DNA from: Ginglymostoma cirratum
Lineage: Eukaryota
Assembly: GCA_024137785.1 (NCBI GenBank)
Contig: JAHRHZ010000056.1
Coordinates: 11,002,433 to 11,066,432, forward strand
DNA length: 64,000 bases
Reading direction: 5' to 3'
Shown here: piece by piece, positions 62,600 through 64,000 of the stretch
How the letters are laid out: each line of letters opens with the position of its first letter
Numbering within the stretch: the stretch's first letter is position 1
Position numbers and translations under genes: made by a program
Notes under the pieces: generated by a model
The model's database searches: none
Seen by the model: only the letters and a program-made list of their open reading frames with translations
Told to the model about the DNA's origin: nothing

Positions 62600-62698
62600 G
62601 GTGTTCAAGGAGAGCGTGGTCCTGTTGGGCCTCTTGGTCCCAAGGGTTCCACTGGTGAACCTGGCCGACCTGGTGAGGCTGGTCTCCCTGGTACAAGA
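62600..62698 (+). CDS. col1a1: col1a1 exon 24 (99 nt)
   Basis: [33 protein letters not shown]. Confidence 0.96.
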
Positions 62699-63542
62699 GT
62701 GAGTATTTAACAAGGATAGGGTGGCAGACTAATACTTAAACAATACTCAAAGGAACTGTCTCTGTCACAATGGAGGACAACAAAAGCTATAATTCCAAAA
62801 CTGCAAATAACATACGATCAAAATGTACAGATTGGGCAGTGCTTATGGCAAGATGATATGTCCACGTATCAAAAAGGGACATATTTCCTTTCCACGTTAT
62901 ATATAACCAAAACTTAGATGCAAATCTTGTCCTTTGAATCATTTTCTTTGTTTTATGCTCTTGTGTAAATGAGCAGACTGAAGAAAATCTGATTCTACAT
63001 CTTGTCTCACAGGACATTATCTTTTCTTACAGTAACTTGTATAAATTATGGAATAAGCTGTAAAAGAAAAAAATGCAAAATTTAACTTCTCTTTAAACTC
63101 TGTAAAATACTTGATACAAACACAGCAAACCTAATTTGCTACTATTAAAGACATTGGCTCCTGATAGAATTTGGTGTAAAATATCACAAAGCACTTTGGC
63201 TCCTTTTGTTTGGAAAGTAAGAAATGATTCTGAGAGTGTTTCCTATTGAATACATTCTAACAGTATTTTGAGATTATTCAAATGCAGAGGTGGTGTCCTT
63301 CACTGGCTGTTTTTTCAGGCTTCCTTTCATGATTGTATCACACTATTTAAGAAATAAGAAACATTCTTCTCCGTTTACATACAAACAAAACAGTAAATTT
63401 TCCTTATTGTTTCTTGTAGTACAGTACAGTGTACATTAACTGCTGAGGTTGCTTATCTAACTGCAGCTCATTCTGCAAAAAAATGTTGGAATATTTCTGA
63501 AGAACTTGTTAAGCACTATGTTAATTCAGTTTTGTATTTTAG

Positions 63543-63596
63543 GGTCTGACTGGTAGCCCTGGCAGTCCTGGTGCTGATGGAAAGCCTGGTCCTCCT
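63543..63596 (+). CDS. col1a1: col1a1 exon 25 (54 nt)
   Basis: GLTGSPGSPGADGKPGPP. Confidence 0.96.
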
Positions 63597-63849
63597 GTAA
63601 GTATTTATTTCCCTAAGGAAAGCATTTTAGTATATTTGCTGAAACCTGTTCACCAGATATGTACTAGAGTGTCATTATAAGGCATGAAAAATTCAAAAAT
63701 TTTAAAGAAAACATGGCCCTGTATTTCAATTTATACCATACTACTTGTTAATTAAACAAATGTAGCAAATATCTCTGTAAAAGCCATTTAGGTGTAGGTC
63801 TATGACAAGCCTACAAATTATCACCATCTGATATTCTACATTGATCTAA

Positions 63850-63999
<150 letters not shown>

Positions 64000-64000
64000 T

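Noticed and set aside
53734-62702. Track ORFs overlapping collagen exons (e.g. 53734-54006 -, 55318-55611 -, 60095-60445 -, 62187-62696 -)
   Set aside because: Antisense or off-frame shadows of GC-rich collagen exons; no independent coding signal.

Overview
Vertebrate genomic DNA, most likely an elasmobranch (shark), inferred from HE1-type V-SINEs, CR1/L2 LINEs and Penelope-like elements. The last ~12 kb hold the promoter and first 26 exons of a fibrillar collagen gene on the + strand, identified as col1a1 (ATG 51961; gene runs off the window end). All splice junctions are GT-AG and in frame, and helical exons have the canonical 45/54/99/108-bp sizes. The 5' UTR keeps the collagen 5' stem-loop and two short uORFs. 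The first ~49 kb contain no recognisable host gene. They are a patchwork of CR1, L2 and RTE LINE fragments, SINEs, Harbinger relics, an LTR-like element and several Penelope-like insertions carrying minimal hammerhead-ribozyme motifs, inverted pseudo-LTRs and ~13-14 bp target-site duplications. Comparisons to human/other collagens and repeat families are from memory, not database searches; repeat boundaries are approximate.
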